Assembly: GCF_009914755.1 (NCBI RefSeq)
Contig: NC_060934.1
Length of the DNA stretch: 64,000 nucleotides
Direction: 5' to 3' (one strand)
From: the human T2T-CHM13v2.0 reference genome, Homo sapiens
The stretch's first letter is position 1, and each line of letters begins with the position of its first letter. The notes below the pieces were generated by a model. That model was not told the DNA's origin. It did no database searches and saw only the letters and a program-made list of their open reading frames with translations. Below are positions 25,175 through 39,420 of the stretch, in pieces. Made by a program: the position numbers and the translations under genes.

Positions 25175-25534
25175 AGCCGCTAAATAATATATTTCACACC
25201 ATTGGCTTAGACAATCTCTAATGGCCTTATCAGTTGATGTTCCTAAACAGCTGACTTCTATTTTTCTAAGGCAATACAGCTGCACTTTCCAGCGGTGTGG
25301 TCAGATCAGTGCATGGAGCATCTTCCCTCCCACTTGTCATTTCCTAGGGCATCCCTCCCTGGGTCAGGACCTAATGCTGCCAAGGTGCCTACTTGGGATG
25401 CCCTACACAGGCACAGGGCCAGCACCCCATCATCCCAGGGAAAATGTTCAATTACTGCCTTTCTCCTGAGATAGGACCCCTTGGTGTCCCTTAAGAGCCA
25501 CTGGCCACCCTGCTAAGCAGAACAGGGTAATATG

Positions 25535-26075
25535 TGTGGTAGGCAGTTATTGGTTGTCATCCCATTATCCCCTCCTGTAGGCAACCTCCTTCCCCCATTC
25601 CATGCAGTCCCAATCAGTCATGGTGCCCTGCCACAGAGGTTAACGCATGTCCTGGCTGGCTAATGAGAGTGCCCCATTCCCCTGGCCATAGGCTTTAGTC
25701 CAGGAGTGAGCATATGACTGAGGCATAAGCACTAAGGAAAGAGTTTTACCCGGATGGAAAAGATTGTCTATTGCCTTCAAGGTCAAGTACTGCTGTACCT
25801 GTGTCGGGCTTCCTGATGGCCATCTTCTCTGGCCCCCCCGGTGAAGCCTCTTGCTGTCAGAGAAAAGGAAAACAACATAAAGAGAAAGGTAGAGCTAAGA
25901 GATGGAAATGAGAAAAAAGAATCCCAGTGATCACCCTTGAGCTCCTATATCCAGCTATGCCTGACGCCAATTCCATTTCTCAATTTCAAAGGACATAAAA
26001 GCCCATGAAGTTCCTATTTTGCTAAGCCCATTGGAACTGAACTTCTACCATGTGGAAGTGAAAGCTTCCTGACCA
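25535..26075 (+). mobile_element. MLT1K/L-like LTR
   Basis: tgtggtagg...cccattcccctggcca...atccagctatgcctga...tttgctaagccc. Confidence 0.6.
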
Positions 26076-26279
26076 GCCACTGTGATCAGAAGCCTGATGT
26101 GGCAGGAGGAGCTTGGGACCTCTTGGGCCTGCTCTGCCTTGATCTCCCAAGGGCTGGGCCATGTCTCACTTTCTCCAAGCCCCTTCCCCTCCTTTGTACA
26201 GTGCCCTGCACAGAAGAGGGGACTAGCAAATGCTTGTTGGACTCAATAATGATGCATTGGCAGGGATCTGATCCGAGTG

Positions 26280-26430
26280 CTCGGTGCCTCGGTTTCCTCA
26301 TCTGTAAGATGAGGATAATAGCACATGCCTTGCTTAGTTCACAAGACCAACATAAAGGCCCATTGGAGCAAAAGTAAATGAATGCACTTCATATTATATA
26401 ATGTTCTGGACAAATACAAACTCTTAGTTA
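26280..26430 (+). mobile_element. MIR fragment
   Basis: gtgcctcggtttcctcatctgtaagatgaggataatag. Confidence 0.8.
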
Positions 26431-29220
26431 TGAGAAAATGTTTGTTTTATGCTTTATAATACATAATCTCTATGAGCTCTTCCAGGTCTAACGTTAAAAA
26501 TATTTTTAAATTTAAGTGTGTAATTAAATCACAAATGTTGCATATCTCTGCTTGTAATTTATTCATGTATTCTACGGGTATTTGTTAACCACAGATGCCA
26601 CTGTTGATGCATTATCTATAGTGGAAATATAGGGCTGCATGTAGATGTCTCTCAGCTATACCAAAAACATACGTCTTCACCAACAGCAGCTGCCCTGTTC
26701 TGTGTGCAGAATGGGGAAGGGGACTGGCTGGTATCCAGCATCATGTAAGACACATGCTAGATGTGTTCCCATGATCTCTTATTTCATGCCCTCAACCCCA
26801 TTTTATAGACAGGAACATTAAGATTGCCCAAAGCTCAACACCAGAAAGTGGCTAACCCCTCAGGTCACCACTTGCTTTTTGAGTCAGGATTCAGCCCCCA
26901 GTTTGACTCCGAAGCCCTCTCTCTTCCAACCTCACCAGGTAGCCTCCTTTGAGTAAAAAGCCAAACTCTGCCCACCAGGCATTTTCCTGCCCAAACTGGG
27001 TCATGTCTGGATTGAAGTGGGGGACAGGGGTCACCTCGGTTGCTAAAATGTAGCTTATGCACCTCCTTCTTGGGAGGTGAACAGAGCTGAGGCTCACCCG
27101 GGGGGCGGGAGGAGGCCAAGGCTCACACAGGTGTGATTTCTCCCAATGCCTTCTCCTCTTCCCTGGCGTCCCTCTGAGATGGACAGGGAATCCTGGGATT
27201 CTTCTAGAAACTTGAATTAGCCAGGATTGACCCCCTGCCCAAACAGGTAAAAATCACAGAGGGACACCTCTGCCTGACTCAAGAAAAGAGACTGTCATAG
27301 ACGGCGGGCAAAACCTATAAGGCTTCTCTCCTTCAACCGAGAGCCAAACACACAAACCTGCCAGGTGGCGCTGACAGAAGCCTTGGTGCCATCTTCTGGC
27401 CATGTTGAGGATGGCGCTCTGGGAGGCTGAGCTGCCCTAGAAGAGGAGGTGGCTGGATCCACACACGCTCCAGGGGGTCACCTGCTCCATGCAAGATGCT
27501 GTGTGGACTCGGGATCAGCAGAGGACAAGACAAGGACCCTGCCTCACAGACCATCTGGAACATCAGGCATGTACCAAAAGAAGACACATGACTGGTGACT
27601 GCCACAGGCACGTGCTTTCTGGTTCATGAGGATGGAAGCAGGTAGTGTGTTCCAGAGGAGCCTGGAAAACCAGCATGGGAGACATGGGTTAGAGGGATAT
27701 GGCATTCCAAGGGCTAGGAAACAGCAACAGCCAAGGTGGGAAGCTGGACTGTGCCTTCCTTTGTCCTAGAGCAACCAACAGACCTCCACAGCAGCATCGT
27801 AGGGCATGGTAGGGAAGTAGGGGCAAAAGCTTTGGAAATGTGGATTGAAACCACTTGAGAAGGGCCTTAAATGATGAGTCAGCAATGTGAGGCATCAGCC
27901 TCCCGGTGTACCCCAGAGGTTGCTCAGCAGTGACCCAGAAGTATGAACAGAAGGAGAAACGTGGCACACTTATTCAAAGATTTAGGAGGAAAATGGCAGC
28001 AAGTTTAAAGACATTTAAATTAAAACAAACACAGATGTATTATCCAGTAGGATGCAAAAATCCCTACAATTTTTAAAGACCAAACAATAGACTTCAAAGA
28101 CATTTTCCACTTGCAGCAGCCCTTTTTGGGGTACCCAGGCACTGCACACTGTCTATAGCTGGGGGCATTAGTGACAACTACCTCACAGGCTTGCAGAGAC
28201 TGAAATGAGATCGTCTGCAAAAAGCTTCATGCTTACCACAATGCCTGGAACATAGTGACAGTCAGTGTCATCTGTCAGTACTCTGGTCCTGTCCAGTACA
28301 ACTCTTTGGCCTGTCTGGTTCCTGATTTGCTTCTGATTCCAATTCAGCCTTTGGCTTCTGGGTCTTCCCTGCATCTCTACTCTCCACCACATCTCCCAGC
28401 GCCCCTTCACCCCAACCTCACTCTCAGCCTCCTCCCTGACTTCTTTCTCTTGACCTCCCACCTTGTGTCCCCAGTCCTCCAAGTCCAGGCCCAACAGGAC
28501 ACGTTTTTCCAGAAAATCATTGCCCCTTCTGCCAAGTGATGTACCCATAGGGCTGGTCTTCATCCCCAAATGCCTGAGTGGACCCAGGAGTGATCCCCAG
28601 CACCCTCTCCCCACACTGATGGCTCAAAGACTCCCTCACACCTCTGCACCCCAGACCTTGGGTTTAGTAGTCTCTCCACAGCAGCCCAAATGTGTACAGC
28701 CCTTGTGGACTGCAGCCACCATGTCCAATCCATCCCTTCCCAGTCCTGGGGGAGCTCAAGCTCACCTTCTAGCATGAGCCGCCTCTGCAACCTCACATGG
28801 CTTCTCCAAAGGCATAGATCCCCAAACAAAGCCAAGATGGGTCAGGCAGTTACCTCCCATGTGCCTGGCAGGTGGCATTTTTTTACTATGAAACATCACA
28901 GCAAATGAAGCCTGGGAACCTGGGAAAGGTTGGGTACCTGCTCAGGCCAGAGGAAGGAAGATGCTACTCCTCCTTCAGATCATCAGTGACAATGTATCAG
29001 TGAGCTACTCAACAGATCCCCCTGCCCCACAAGCACCTGCAGAGCTGTTGTGTTTTCCATATACATTACATACAAACGGTACATGGGCAGTTCATTCCCA
29101 TTGCTCCAACCCTGATTTTGTGCTCTAAACAATATTTTCAGCACCCTCAAAGACCCGGTTTGTCCCAAATTCCCATGATGGCACAGAGCTGCAGAAAGGA
29201 CAGTGGCCTTAGAAAAGTGT

Positions 29221-29289
29221 TACAGGTTGGTGCAGAAGTATTTGCTATAAAATTGCAAAAGCTGCAGTTACTTTTTCACCAACCTAATA
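29221..29289. mobile_element. MADE1 (Hsmar1-derived MITE)
   Basis: aggttggtgcagaagta...tactttttcaccaacctaata terminal inverted repeats. Confidence 0.85.
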
Positions 29290-29347
29290 TTTCAAGCATT
29301 AAGGGAACATGGAGAACAGCCAGGTTTGGCTCTATTTTTTTGTTAAT

Positions 29348-29478
29348 TTTTACTTATATTTTACTTATATTTTCTTATATACTTATAAGTAAATATAAGA
29401 CTTACTTATATTTACTTATATTACTTATATACTTAAATTATAATATACTTATGATTTTTACTTATATTTTACTTATAT
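29348..29478 (+). repeat. Degenerate (TACTTATATT)n low-complexity array
   Basis: Repeated acttata units seen directly. Confidence 0.8.
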
Positions 29479-29828
29479 GTGCCCAAAAGAAATATTTGCA
29501 TATTGTAAGATATTCAAAATATTACAGAAATATTTGCTCTAATAAGCAAAAGTCCTCTATAGCCTCATCTCTCAGAGTTAAATATCAATAGTGGTTCAGT
29601 ACATACTCCTCCAGGCAGTTTTTGTTCATGTGCATATTTTAATTATTTTTTAAAAATAGAATCATACTATATGCGAAATCTTTTTATCAAACAACATATT
29701 TTGCACCTGTCAAAACAAAGATATCTACCTGTCTTGATCTAAGAGTTGTGCAGTATTTCATTGCATCCCCTATAATTTATTCACTCTGTCCTCTGTCAGC
29801 TGACATTTGATTTATTGTCTCATTTATC

Positions 29829-30140
<312 letters not shown>

Positions 30141-31925
30141 TAAGTGAGAAAATTGAATCCCAGAGAGGTTAACTGCTTTGTGCAAACCTTCTCCCACCCA
30201 GTCAGTCTTTCTCCTCTCCATGCTGTCCCTTGCATTTCAATTTCTTATTCCAGTTCCCATGGGCAGGAGCAGGGCCTATCCTGGAGAAAAACTCTTTGTC
30301 CCAGGGATTCCAGAGAAGAACTAAGGAAGACTGGCAGTCACAGCAAACAGAGTGCCAGCCATGTCCTTTCATTAAAAAATGAGTTAGACATGTGCCTATT
30401 GAATTCGTAAGAACTTAGAGACAAAGAACATGAAAGAATCTAGAAGGGGGGAAAAACTGATGTCTTGTCCTTAAATCAATTTTTGATAATGAGTGTCATA
30501 TATTTAAATGTTCTCACATAATCATCACATTAGCGTTAACTATACCATCAAAGACAGTCTGATTACATAATATGCTGCTTCATGCATCACCGCCATGAAC
30601 TTGTTAATACATGTAATTATAAATGGAGAAGTAGATTGGGGGTGTATCCAGTAGAGGCCTCTGGAAGTCTGAGCATGTTTTCCTGCTGTTTCCCATCAAC
30701 TTGAGTGAAACAAAGCTGAAAGGCTGTCCTGGCATCGTGGTGCCAGGACACACTGCTTCGCTGTTCCTCCCAGTCCTGCTTTCACTGCTTTTCAGAATCT
30801 CTGTGCATCATCTAAGGCTTCTTGGGCTGCAAGAGGCTGAGGCCCAACTCCAGCTGGGTTCAGCAGGAAAGGGGTCTGGAAGGATGTTAGGAAGTCACTG
30901 GTGTGGCACCCAGCGTCCAGGTGGGCCCAGACGAGCCAGAATCAAGCAAGGCACAAAAAAACAGTGTGGCAATTTTCACAGTCTTGAGGATGGCAATGTG
31001 GGTGGATGGGAAAATGGATCATTTAGCTTAGCTGGGTTTTGAGTCTCATCCGATCAGTGGGAATATTATATTTAATTGAGCTCCTTTCAACTCTAAAATC
31101 TGTATATTACTACAGAATAAATGGCACTCCTTTTTACACCAAAATGATAGTAGCATAATCCCTATCCGGCTTCAACTGGATATTCACTCCCTGCTGACTG
31201 TCCCACACATTTTACTGGGAGTCCCTAAGAGGATCCTCACAGTCATGCAGTGGCAGTCGCCATGTGGCATTTGTCCCCACTTCCCCTCCTGCAGCAGCTC
31301 CACTTACTCACATCTGGGTCCTTACAGCCTCATGAGGTGCCTGTTGTGGCCACTCCCATCATCAGAGCCCCAGGGGCCACCTGTATGACCTCAGTGCTCT
31401 CCAAGTCTTCTGGTCTAAAGGTGGCAGACCCCTTCTGGGTATTATTGTCTCCTTCCTTTGTCATCGGAGCCCCAAATCAGCTATGACTTTGCCCAGAGTC
31501 TAACAAGGTCCCTTATAGAACCAAATCTGTCCATTCCAACTCTCATTCCTTCAGCCACAGTAGCTCCTACTCTATCCAAGGGATCAGCTAAGTGGCAAAT
31601 CCTATCAACCCTCTTCCTCCCCCATTTATCCCATGGTCTGCTCCCCCTACCGAAAGTCCTCCTTCTTACCCCAGTAAAAAAAAAAAAAAAAAATTCTTAG
31701 ACAAATCCATGGATACCAGCAGATCCCAAAGTTGGGAGAAGGATGCAGCCCTTATTAGTTGCATTTGAACTCCTGCCAAAAATGCCCACGACATGCAGTT
31801 CTTTGAAATGGACAGACGCTGACAGAAATAAAAGTGTAAAGAGAAGTAGGCAGAGTTTCCCAATTTCAAAATAATCATTTGCATAAGGCTGGATCCTGAA
31901 GACATCTATCTTTATAGGTACCAGC

Positions 31926-32289
31926 TGCTATAGACTGAATGTTCGTATACCCTCAAAATTCATATATTAAAGCCCAATGTCCAATGTGATCGTATTTGGA
32001 GGTAGGGCCTTTGGGAGGTGATTAGATCATGAGGGTAGAGCACTCATAAACAGGATTATTGCCCTAATAAAAGAGACCACAGAGAGCTTATTTCCCCTTT
32101 TACCATGTGAGAACACAATGAGAAAGTCATCTATGAATCCAGAAGCAGGCTCTCACCAGATGCTATTAATAAATCTGCCAGTGCCTTGATCTTGGACTTC
32201 CCAGCCTCTAGAACTGTGAGAAATAAATTTCTGTTTTATATAAGCCACCTGGTCTATGGTATTTTGTTATAGTTGCCCAAACTAAGACA
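31926..32289 (+). mobile_element. MLT1A0 solo LTR
   Basis: tgctatagactgaatgtt...gggcctttgggaggtgattag...actaagaca; TSD ccagc / cctgc. Confidence 0.9.
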
Positions 32290-32389
32290 CCTGCTATCAG
32301 AACAAGCTGATGTCTTCAAAGGAGATACTCAGTGGATAAAAAACATGAGATCTCTGCCATTTAGTCTTGGAGATAACCACATGCCTATG

Positions 32390-32610
32390 GTAAGAGCACT
32401 GTGACATTACGTGAAGTACTTGAACCCTGGAGCAGAGAAACCTGGGTGTAAATCCCCCTCCTACTATTTCCAACCTGAAAGACCTTGAGCAAGCCCCCTT
32501 CACATCCTGGGTCTCAATTTCTTTATTGGATTTGTTTGATAATGTATGTGTGTCAAGCATTTGGTATGTGGGAAATATTAGTAAATGATAGCAATTATTA
32601 TTATTATTAC
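32390..32610 (+). mobile_element. MIR
   Basis: cctgggtgtaaatccc...gaccttgagcaag...tctcaatttctt. Confidence 0.6.
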
Positions 32611-32698
32611 TGGCTGATAGTGGGATGCACAAGCTATTCTACTTTCTTTTTCTACCCATGTCTCTTCTAGTTAAACAGAAGTTTTAAAAAATTGTCTG

Positions 32699-32982
32699 GG
32701 CCGGGTAAGGTGGTTCACGCCTATAATCCCAGCACTTTGGGAGGCTGAAGGGGGTGGATCACCTAAAGCCAGGAGTTCAAGACCAGCCTGACCAACATGG
32801 AGAAACCCCATCTCTACTAAAAATACAAAACATTAGCCGGGCGTGGTTGTGCATGCCTGTAATCCCAGCTACTCAGGAGGCTGAGACAGGATAATTGCTT
32901 GAACCTGGGAGGTGAAGGTTGCTGTGAGCCAAGGTCACGCCATTGTACTGGGCAACAAGAGTGAAACTCCGTTCTCAAAAAA
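32699..32982 (+). mobile_element. AluS (Sp/Sq-like)
   Basis: ctgaccaacatggagaaacc, ggcaacaagagtgaaactcc; TSD aaaaaattgtctg. Confidence 0.95.
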
Positions 32983-35900
32983 ATTGTCTGGAACATGTTC
33001 AATATTTATTGTCAAATTGCCCTTTAAAGATCTATCCAAAATCTTATATTGTTTTAGCAAGAAATGATAGAAATTTCATCTATCAGATTTAAGACTGTTT
33101 TCCGTCTATTTGGAATTTCCATTAAGCCATATATTGAAGGTCTCTCTTCTCCACCCACTGACTGGGCCTACACAGGCAGCCAGTGGCCCTGGACTGCCTA
33201 CAACACAGCTGTAATGCAGCAGCAGGCCCCTCCTGTTGTAGATTCAGCCCAGAGAAGCCCTCTGGCAGCTTGTTGGCCAGACATCCTTTGGTAGAAATGT
33301 GGCACTTCAATTTATCCTTTCAAATGGGAAATGGAAATGCAGTTATGCAAGTTTTTAGATTATTTTTTGACCAGGAAAAAAAGCAGGGAAGTTCCTCAAG
33401 GAGGCATTGCCAACCAATCTATCATCGGATATGGATGGCTCCCCTGAAATGACCTTCAAAGTCACTGCTAGACCTTTGACCTTGGTGTGACTATCACTCC
33501 ACAAACTGGAAAAGCCACTGGTTTGGTTTCTACATGGTAGCCATACACATAGGAGCTGGGCTTGGTGCTGCTGCTATAATAAGAGGAGTGGGAGGAATGA
33601 GCCAGGAATCAGGAAGGAGAAGGAGTCTTCAGACCAAGAATTTGCTTCTCCCACCCCTTCTTTGCTCATCCCCCTGGGTAGACCAGCTACCTCTGTTTCT
33701 CTGCTGGGCTCTGCAGAGCTTCTGGTGTTTCCATCCATATTGGTGGAAAGCAGAGCTCCCTGTGGACATTGTACCCCATTTCTGGTGATCAGGTTGGAAG
33801 ATGGACTTGAACATATGTTAAATCACCATTGGACAGTGGGCTAGGCAACTGGGCAGAGGCAGACAGGAAGGAATCGTGACTCTCAGGGTACTCCTTGTCT
33901 CTCCCTCTTTCTCTATCCTTACTCTTCTCAGAAATTCAAAGTGTTATAGTGAATTGAAGCTGAAATTAACCCAGATCTTCACTAAACTGGATTTTTAAAA
34001 ACATCTTAGAAAAAAGGCGCAAACCTGGGGGGTCAGAGACGGGGTAGACGTTCATTTAAAGGATATATTTCAAGAACTGCACTCTAAGGTATGGGCCGGG
34101 AACCGTGAACGCTCTTCCATGCACTTTCCTCTCTGGTCCTGGGTGAAGACAAATTATCACTGTGGAATGATAAGCATGATGGCTGAGACCCCAATATCCT
34201 GGGTCTTGAAGGAGAAATTTAATTATGATAGGGCTATTTTACCTAATACATCAGAAAAGGATGGGGGAGGGAACACATTGATAGCTTTTAGAAATTTTTG
34301 AAACACCAGGAGTTGGCCACAAGAAAGACTACTGTGTCCTGTACTGCATCATCCAGGAAACTCAAGCCCAATATCCTTTGGAAAGATCTTTGTGTTAAGT
34401 GAAGTTTTCCTGTCAAGTGCAGCTCCAAGGGTATAAGATTCAATTCCCACAAACTCACAACTGGATCTTTTCTAACAGACTTCTCAGGACTTTAAGAGTG
34501 TGTGTGTGGTGTGTATGTGTGTAGTTTAATGAACATCTCCATTTTTTGTGACAGTGAGTAAGTGTATAAAAGTTTAAAAACTCCGTATAGCTTTGAGTGT
34601 CCCTGAGACGGTATCTCAGGACCAATGGGGCCAGATTTTAAACAGTTGGCGTTGTTACAGGACTGCCAGAAACAGTCTCTTTAAGCCTCTGATGTCCATA
34701 AGATTGGACTTATGCGTGGGTAGCACATGCTGTCATATACAGCCCCTTTCCCTCTGCCTCTGACCCCTGGTAGGAGGAAAAGGGAAGAATTCCTCACTCT
34801 CCAGCCTGTTCCCATAAGACTTCCCAGCCCTATGGATACGTGCCCAGAGCCAAACTCCATCGCGGCTGACTGTACTCCAAGGTGACCGTGTGGCCATGTG
34901 ATTCAGGGTCGGCACTAGTCCTCCCCTTGGCAGCTCTAATTTTGCTCCCCAGTGTATGAACAAATGTAATTCACTCTCTTGTCCCCTGCCCACTATTTCC
35001 TCTTTGTGTTTCTTCTTCTTTTTCCTTCCTCTTCTTTTCTCTGCGTTGTGGTTTAAATTGAGAAGGAGGGAGAGTGCTGTGGTCAGGATTGGGAGCAGGA
35101 GTAGGGGGCCGCTGGCCAGGTTTATGATGGCAACGATTTCAAATGTCTGCATGCCTGTTTGGTTGCTTTAGTCCATGGCTCACAACTCATCCAAGAGAAT
35201 CTACCTTGCCTGGACTGCTGTGACAGATTCCTAGTTGGAGCAATTTTAGAAGATACAAAATGCATGGGGTAATATGCCCAAGTCTTAAATGCACCTCAAA
35301 GGTGTAGTCTGACGAATTGTTACATTTGTATATACATGAGTGGCCACACCCGGACCAAGACATAGGACACTTTCAGCCCCTAGAAGGCCAGCTGCCACCT
35401 TCCCAGTCAATACCCCTATTGAATAGGAAACTAATACTCTAGTTTCTAACACCATAATAAATTTTGCCTGTTCTTGAACTTTAAGTGAATGGAATCGACC
35501 AGTACATACTTTTGTATGTTGGCTTCTTTCACTCAATGTAATGTCTATAAGATTTAGCCATGTTATTGCATGCAACAGTTGTCTTTTTTATGGCTATATG
35601 ATATGGTGGTGTATGAATATGTTACAATTTATCCATTCTACTATCGATGGATATTTGGGTTATTTCCAGTTTTTTACTATTATGAACTAAGAATATATGC
35701 ATGTTATTCTATGAACATTCTTGAATATGTCCTTTTGTGGACATATGAAATCATTTCTCTTGGGTATATACATAAGTGTAGAATTACTGGGTCACAGTGT
35801 AGGCGTATGTTTAGCTTTAGCAGATACTGCCAAATAGTAATTTTCCAAAACAGTTGTGCCAATTTACACTCTCACCAGCAATGTATAGGAGGTCTAGTTA

Positions 35901-36448
35901 CTCCATGTCTTTGGCAACCCTTGGTATTGTCAGACTTTTTAATTTTAGATATTCTGGTGGGTGTGTTGTGGCATCCCATTGTAATTTTATAATTTTAATT
36001 GCATTTCTTTGGTAATTAATGATGTTAAGCACCTTTTCACATGTTCATTGGACATTTAAATATGCTCTTTTGTCAAATGCCTATTCAAACCTTTTGCCCA
36101 TTTTTAAAAAATTGATTATCTCTTCTTATCAATTTGTAGGAGTTCCTTATACACTCTGGATACCAGTTCTTTGTCAGATATATGTAATGCAAATATCTTT
36201 TCCCAATCTGTGATTTGCCTTTTCACCCTCTTAATGATGCATTTTTTGAACAGAAAATTCTTAATTTTATCAAACTTTTTGCCTATGGGTAATGCTTTGT
36301 ATGTTCCCCTTAAGAAATCTTTTCATAAACAGTTCTTGTATTTTAAATAATTTTCCTGTATCTATCGAGATGTTTCGATGATTTCTTTCTTTTATTCTGT
36401 TATTGTGTGAATTACATCCATTAATTTTGAAACATTAGGTCAATTTTA

Positions 36449-36527
36449 TTAGGTTGGTGCAAAAGTAATTATTACAATTTTTGCCAAACTAATGACAAAA
36501 CCCGCAATTACCTTTGCATCAACCTAA
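36449..36527. mobile_element. MADE1
   Basis: ttaggttggtgcaaaagtaatt...gcaattacctttgcatcaacctaa, about 80 bp. Confidence 0.9.
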
Positions 36528-37998
36528 TGTGTTCCTGGATAAATCCCACTTGATCACATAAAGTATCAGTTTTATACATAATTGGATTCACATAACTAAA
36601 ATTTTTCTGAGGAGTTTTGTGTCTATGTTTATAATAGACGTTTATAATAGCCTCTTAAAACAAATTAGAGAATATCCCTTCTTTTTCTATGATCTGGAAA
36701 CATTTGTAAAATTAGTATTATTTCTTCCTTATATATTTGAAAATTTCTCAGTAAAGTCATCTGAGTAATGAGCTTTCCTTAAGACTTTTAGTTATGGGTT
36801 CAATTTCCTTCTCAAATGTTGTAGTTTTCAGATTTTCAAATTTTTTCTTGTGTGAGTTTTGGGAAGTTGTGCTATTCAAATAATTTTATTCATTTCATGC
36901 AAATTGTCAAATTCATTGTTGTAAAGCTGTTCATAATATCTTACTTTATTAATGTCTATGGGATATATAGTCATGCTCCTTCCCCTCTTATTCTTATTGA
37001 TAATATGTGTTTTCTCTTTTTCCTCTTGATAAGTCTTGCTAGGGTTTTCTCAAGATTATTAATGTACTCAAATACTCAACATTAATCTTTTCAAATTTTC
37101 CTTACTGTATGTTTGCTTTTTATATCACTGATTTATGCTCTTTCTTCTATTGTTTCCTTTCTTCTACTTTCTTTGGGTTTAATTTGCTGAAGTTTTTTTT
37201 TTCTAGCTTCTTGAAATGAAAGCTTAGGTCATTGATTTTCCATCTATCTTCTTTTTTAATATATGCATTTAAAGCTATAAATTTTCCTCTAAGCACTGTT
37301 TAAGCTGTATCTAAAAGGTTTTGATGCAACATGTTTTCATTTGCCTTCCATCCAAATATTTTCTAATTTCTCTTATTATTTCTTCTTTAACCCATGAGTT
37401 ACTTAAGAATATGTTGCTTAACTTCCAAGTACTTAGGGATTTTCAAATTTTCTTTCTTTTGTTGATTTCTCATTTAATCCTACTGTGTTCAGAAATATAC
37501 TCTGGTTTTAATCATTTTAAATATGTTGAGGCTTGCTTTATCGTTCGGTGTGTGATCTATCTTGGTGAACACTGAAAGCTATGTGTATTCTTCAGTTGTG
37601 TGTGGGTTCCATAAATGTCAATTAGATCGAGCTAGTTAATTATGTTAATCTAATCTCTACCTTTACTGAATTCTTTTGTCTATTTATTCTATCAGTTGCT
37701 GGGAGAGATGTTAAAATCTGTAACTATAATTGTAAATTCAAATATTTCTTCTTTTAGTTCTATCAACTTCTATTGTGAAGCTATATTATTAGTACATATA
37801 TATGCAGGGTTGTTGAATTTTCTTGTTAAATTGATCCTTTCATCATCATGAAGTTTCTTCTCTATCTCTAGTGAAAATTTTTGCCTTAGAGTCTACTTTA
37901 CCTGGTATTAATATGGCCAGAACAACTTTCTTTTGGATATTGTTTGTATGGCATATCTTTTTCCATCCCATTACTTTAAATATACCAACGTATTTGTC

Positions 37999-38396
37999 CA
38001 GGCAAATACTGCATGATCTCATTTATATGTGGAACCTAAAATAGTCTAACTCAAACAGAAAATAGAAAGGTGGTTACCAGGGGTTGAGTGGTGGGGAAAA
38101 TGGGGAAATCTTGGTCAAAGTGTACAAATTTGCAGTTATATAATGAATAAGTTCTGGAGACCTATTTTACAGCATAGTGACTAGAGTTAATAATAATGTA
38201 CTATATACTTGAAATTTGCTAAGAGAGTAGATCTTCAATATTCTTACCACAAAAAGGTAACTATATAAACTATTAGATATTTTAACAGCATGATTGCAAT
38301 AATTATTTTATGCTGTGTACATATATCAAAACATCATATTGCACACCTTGAGTATATATAATTTTTGTCTATTACACCTCAATAAAGCTGAAAAAA
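37999..38396 (+). mobile_element. L1MA (about MA9) 3' end
   Basis: caaatactgcatgatctcatttatatgtgg...aaatttgctaagagagtagatctt...cctcaataaagctgaaaaaa. Confidence 0.85.
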
Positions 38397-38529
38397 TTTT
38401 AATTAAGATACTCACTTATATGTATATATACCTGTGTCCTTACTCTATTGGCATTTCTCTTATAAATAGCATATAATTGGGTTTTTAATCTGGTCTGATA
38501 ACTTTTGCTTGTAATTAGAGTTTTCATTC

Positions 38530-38735
38530 CAGCATCATCAAATAGTATTTTCTGTGATTATGGAAATGATCTATATCTATGCTGTCTAATTTAGTGGCCA
38601 CAAGCTACATATGACTTTTGAGCACTTGAAACATGGCTAGTACAAATGAGGAACTAAACTTTTAATTGTATTTAATATTAATTTATTTAAATTTAACTAG
38701 CCACCTGCGCCTAATTGCTATCACACTGGATGGTT
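38530..38735 (+). mobile_element. MER3 (hAT-Charlie)
   Basis: ttctgtgattatggaaatg...gagcacttgaaacatggctagt...tagccac. Confidence 0.8.
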
Positions 38736-39364
38736 TAATCTAATTGAATCCATTTACATTTAATGAAATTGATTATATTGTTGGGCTTAGAGCTACTATC
38801 TTACTCTTTGTTTTTTACATACCCCATTTGTTCTTTCTTCCTTCATTTCTTTTTTCTTACCTTCTTTTGGTAAGCATTTTATATTTTTCTTCACTCTCAG
38901 CTTTTCAGTTTAGACATTCAATGAAAAACACACACATTTGACTTATTAGAATATACTTTAACTTAGTACTCTTGCCACTTCAAAAAAATGAGAACTTTAC
39001 AATTAATCTCCATTTAGCCCTCTCCTGTCTTTCATGCTATTGATGTCAGACATTTAACTTCCGCATATATTTTAAGCAATACCGTGTATTATCATCAGTC
39101 TTGTCTTAAATAGTCAATATCCACTTATATTTACTCATATATTTACCCATCCTGGTATTCTTTATTCCTTCCTGCATGTCTGCTTCCCTCGGAATTCATT
39201 GTTCTATAGATTGTTTTTAATATTACCTGTAGTACAAGTCAGCCAGCTTTAAATTCTCTCAGCTTTTCTTATCTGAAAACATCTTTATTTTCCCTACATT
39301 TTTAAGGGTATTTTTGCTGGCTATATAATTCTAGGTTGACATTTATTTTCTTTCAGCTCTGTAA

Positions 39365-39420
39365 AGATGTCATTACATTTTCTTCAGACTTCAGATGTCA
39401 TTACATTTTCTTCAGACTTC
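39365..39420 (+). repeat. Perfect 28-bp tandem duplication
   Basis: agatgtcattacattttcttcagacttc x2. Confidence 0.97.

Noticed and set aside
29118-29591. 157-aa ORF with a hydrophobic, membrane-like stretch
   Set aside because: Produced by the (TACTTATATT)n low-complexity tract and a MADE1.
30905-30919. Exact 15-mer ggcacccagcgtcca also at 52883-52897
   Set aside because: One or two such matches are expected by chance in 64 kb, and the flanks do not align.
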